IMG/VR virus record: IMGVR_UViG_3300042516_002090
Location: 2,578-66,577 of that record
DNA length: 64,000 nucleotides
DNA from: a virus
Reading direction: 5' to 3' (one strand)
The position numbers and the translations under genes are program-made. This document shows positions 63,992 through 64,000 of this stretch, piece after piece. Positions within the stretch are counted from its first letter, which is position 1. Each line of letters starts with the position of its first letter. The notes under the pieces were generated by a model. It was given only the letters and a program-made list of their open reading frames with translations. It ran no database searches and was not told where the DNA came from.

Positions 63992-64000
63992 AACTCGATA

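Noticed and set aside
1-64000. Stop-codon reassignment
   Set aside because: Long genes are intact in the standard code, and TAA, TAG and TGA all end genes with tight coupling
1-64000. tRNA genes, integrase, reverse transcriptase/DGR, introns or inteins
   Set aside because: None recognised by eye; TerL and helicase motifs look uninterrupted. tRNAscan-SE and HMM searches would be needed to exclude them fully

Overview
About 64 kb of a tailed dsDNA phage with podovirus-like gene order, almost certainly infecting a Bacteroidota host: many TTG-N18-21-TAnnTTTG promoters, A-rich initiation regions without Shine-Dalgarno sites, and a BT4734/VirE-N-type primase. Layout: (i) 0.1-12 kb, + strand: small early genes and recombination genes (PD-(D/E)XK nuclease, NinB, NinG, PAPS-reductase-like enzyme, spanin-like pair). 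(ii) 12.1-54 kb, - strand: GroES-like proteins, TerS/TerL, portal, scaffold, major capsid, tail proteins, ejection proteins of 267/424/2826/1394 aa with a ferritin between the two giants, tail fibre, holin, CHAP endolysin. (iii) 54-62.7 kb, + strand: lambda-O-like initiator with internal iterons, primase-helicase, SSB, DnaA-C domain, metallophosphoesterase. (iv) Small basic - strand genes and a repeat/G-quadruplex region at the right edge. I saw no DNA or RNA polymerase, integrase, tRNA or CRISPR array. The most striking signals are non-coding: a complete type I hammerhead ribozyme (470-522); three promoter-driven small RNAs whose 5' hairpin loop is complementary to their own terminator loop, one of them the leader of the replication operon; and a small RNA antisense to the start-codon regions of several of the phage's own genes. 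Also, the two giant ejection proteins each have a single Cys at facing termini, suggesting a head-to-tail disulfide link. All product calls are motif recognition by eye; no database search or folding software was run.
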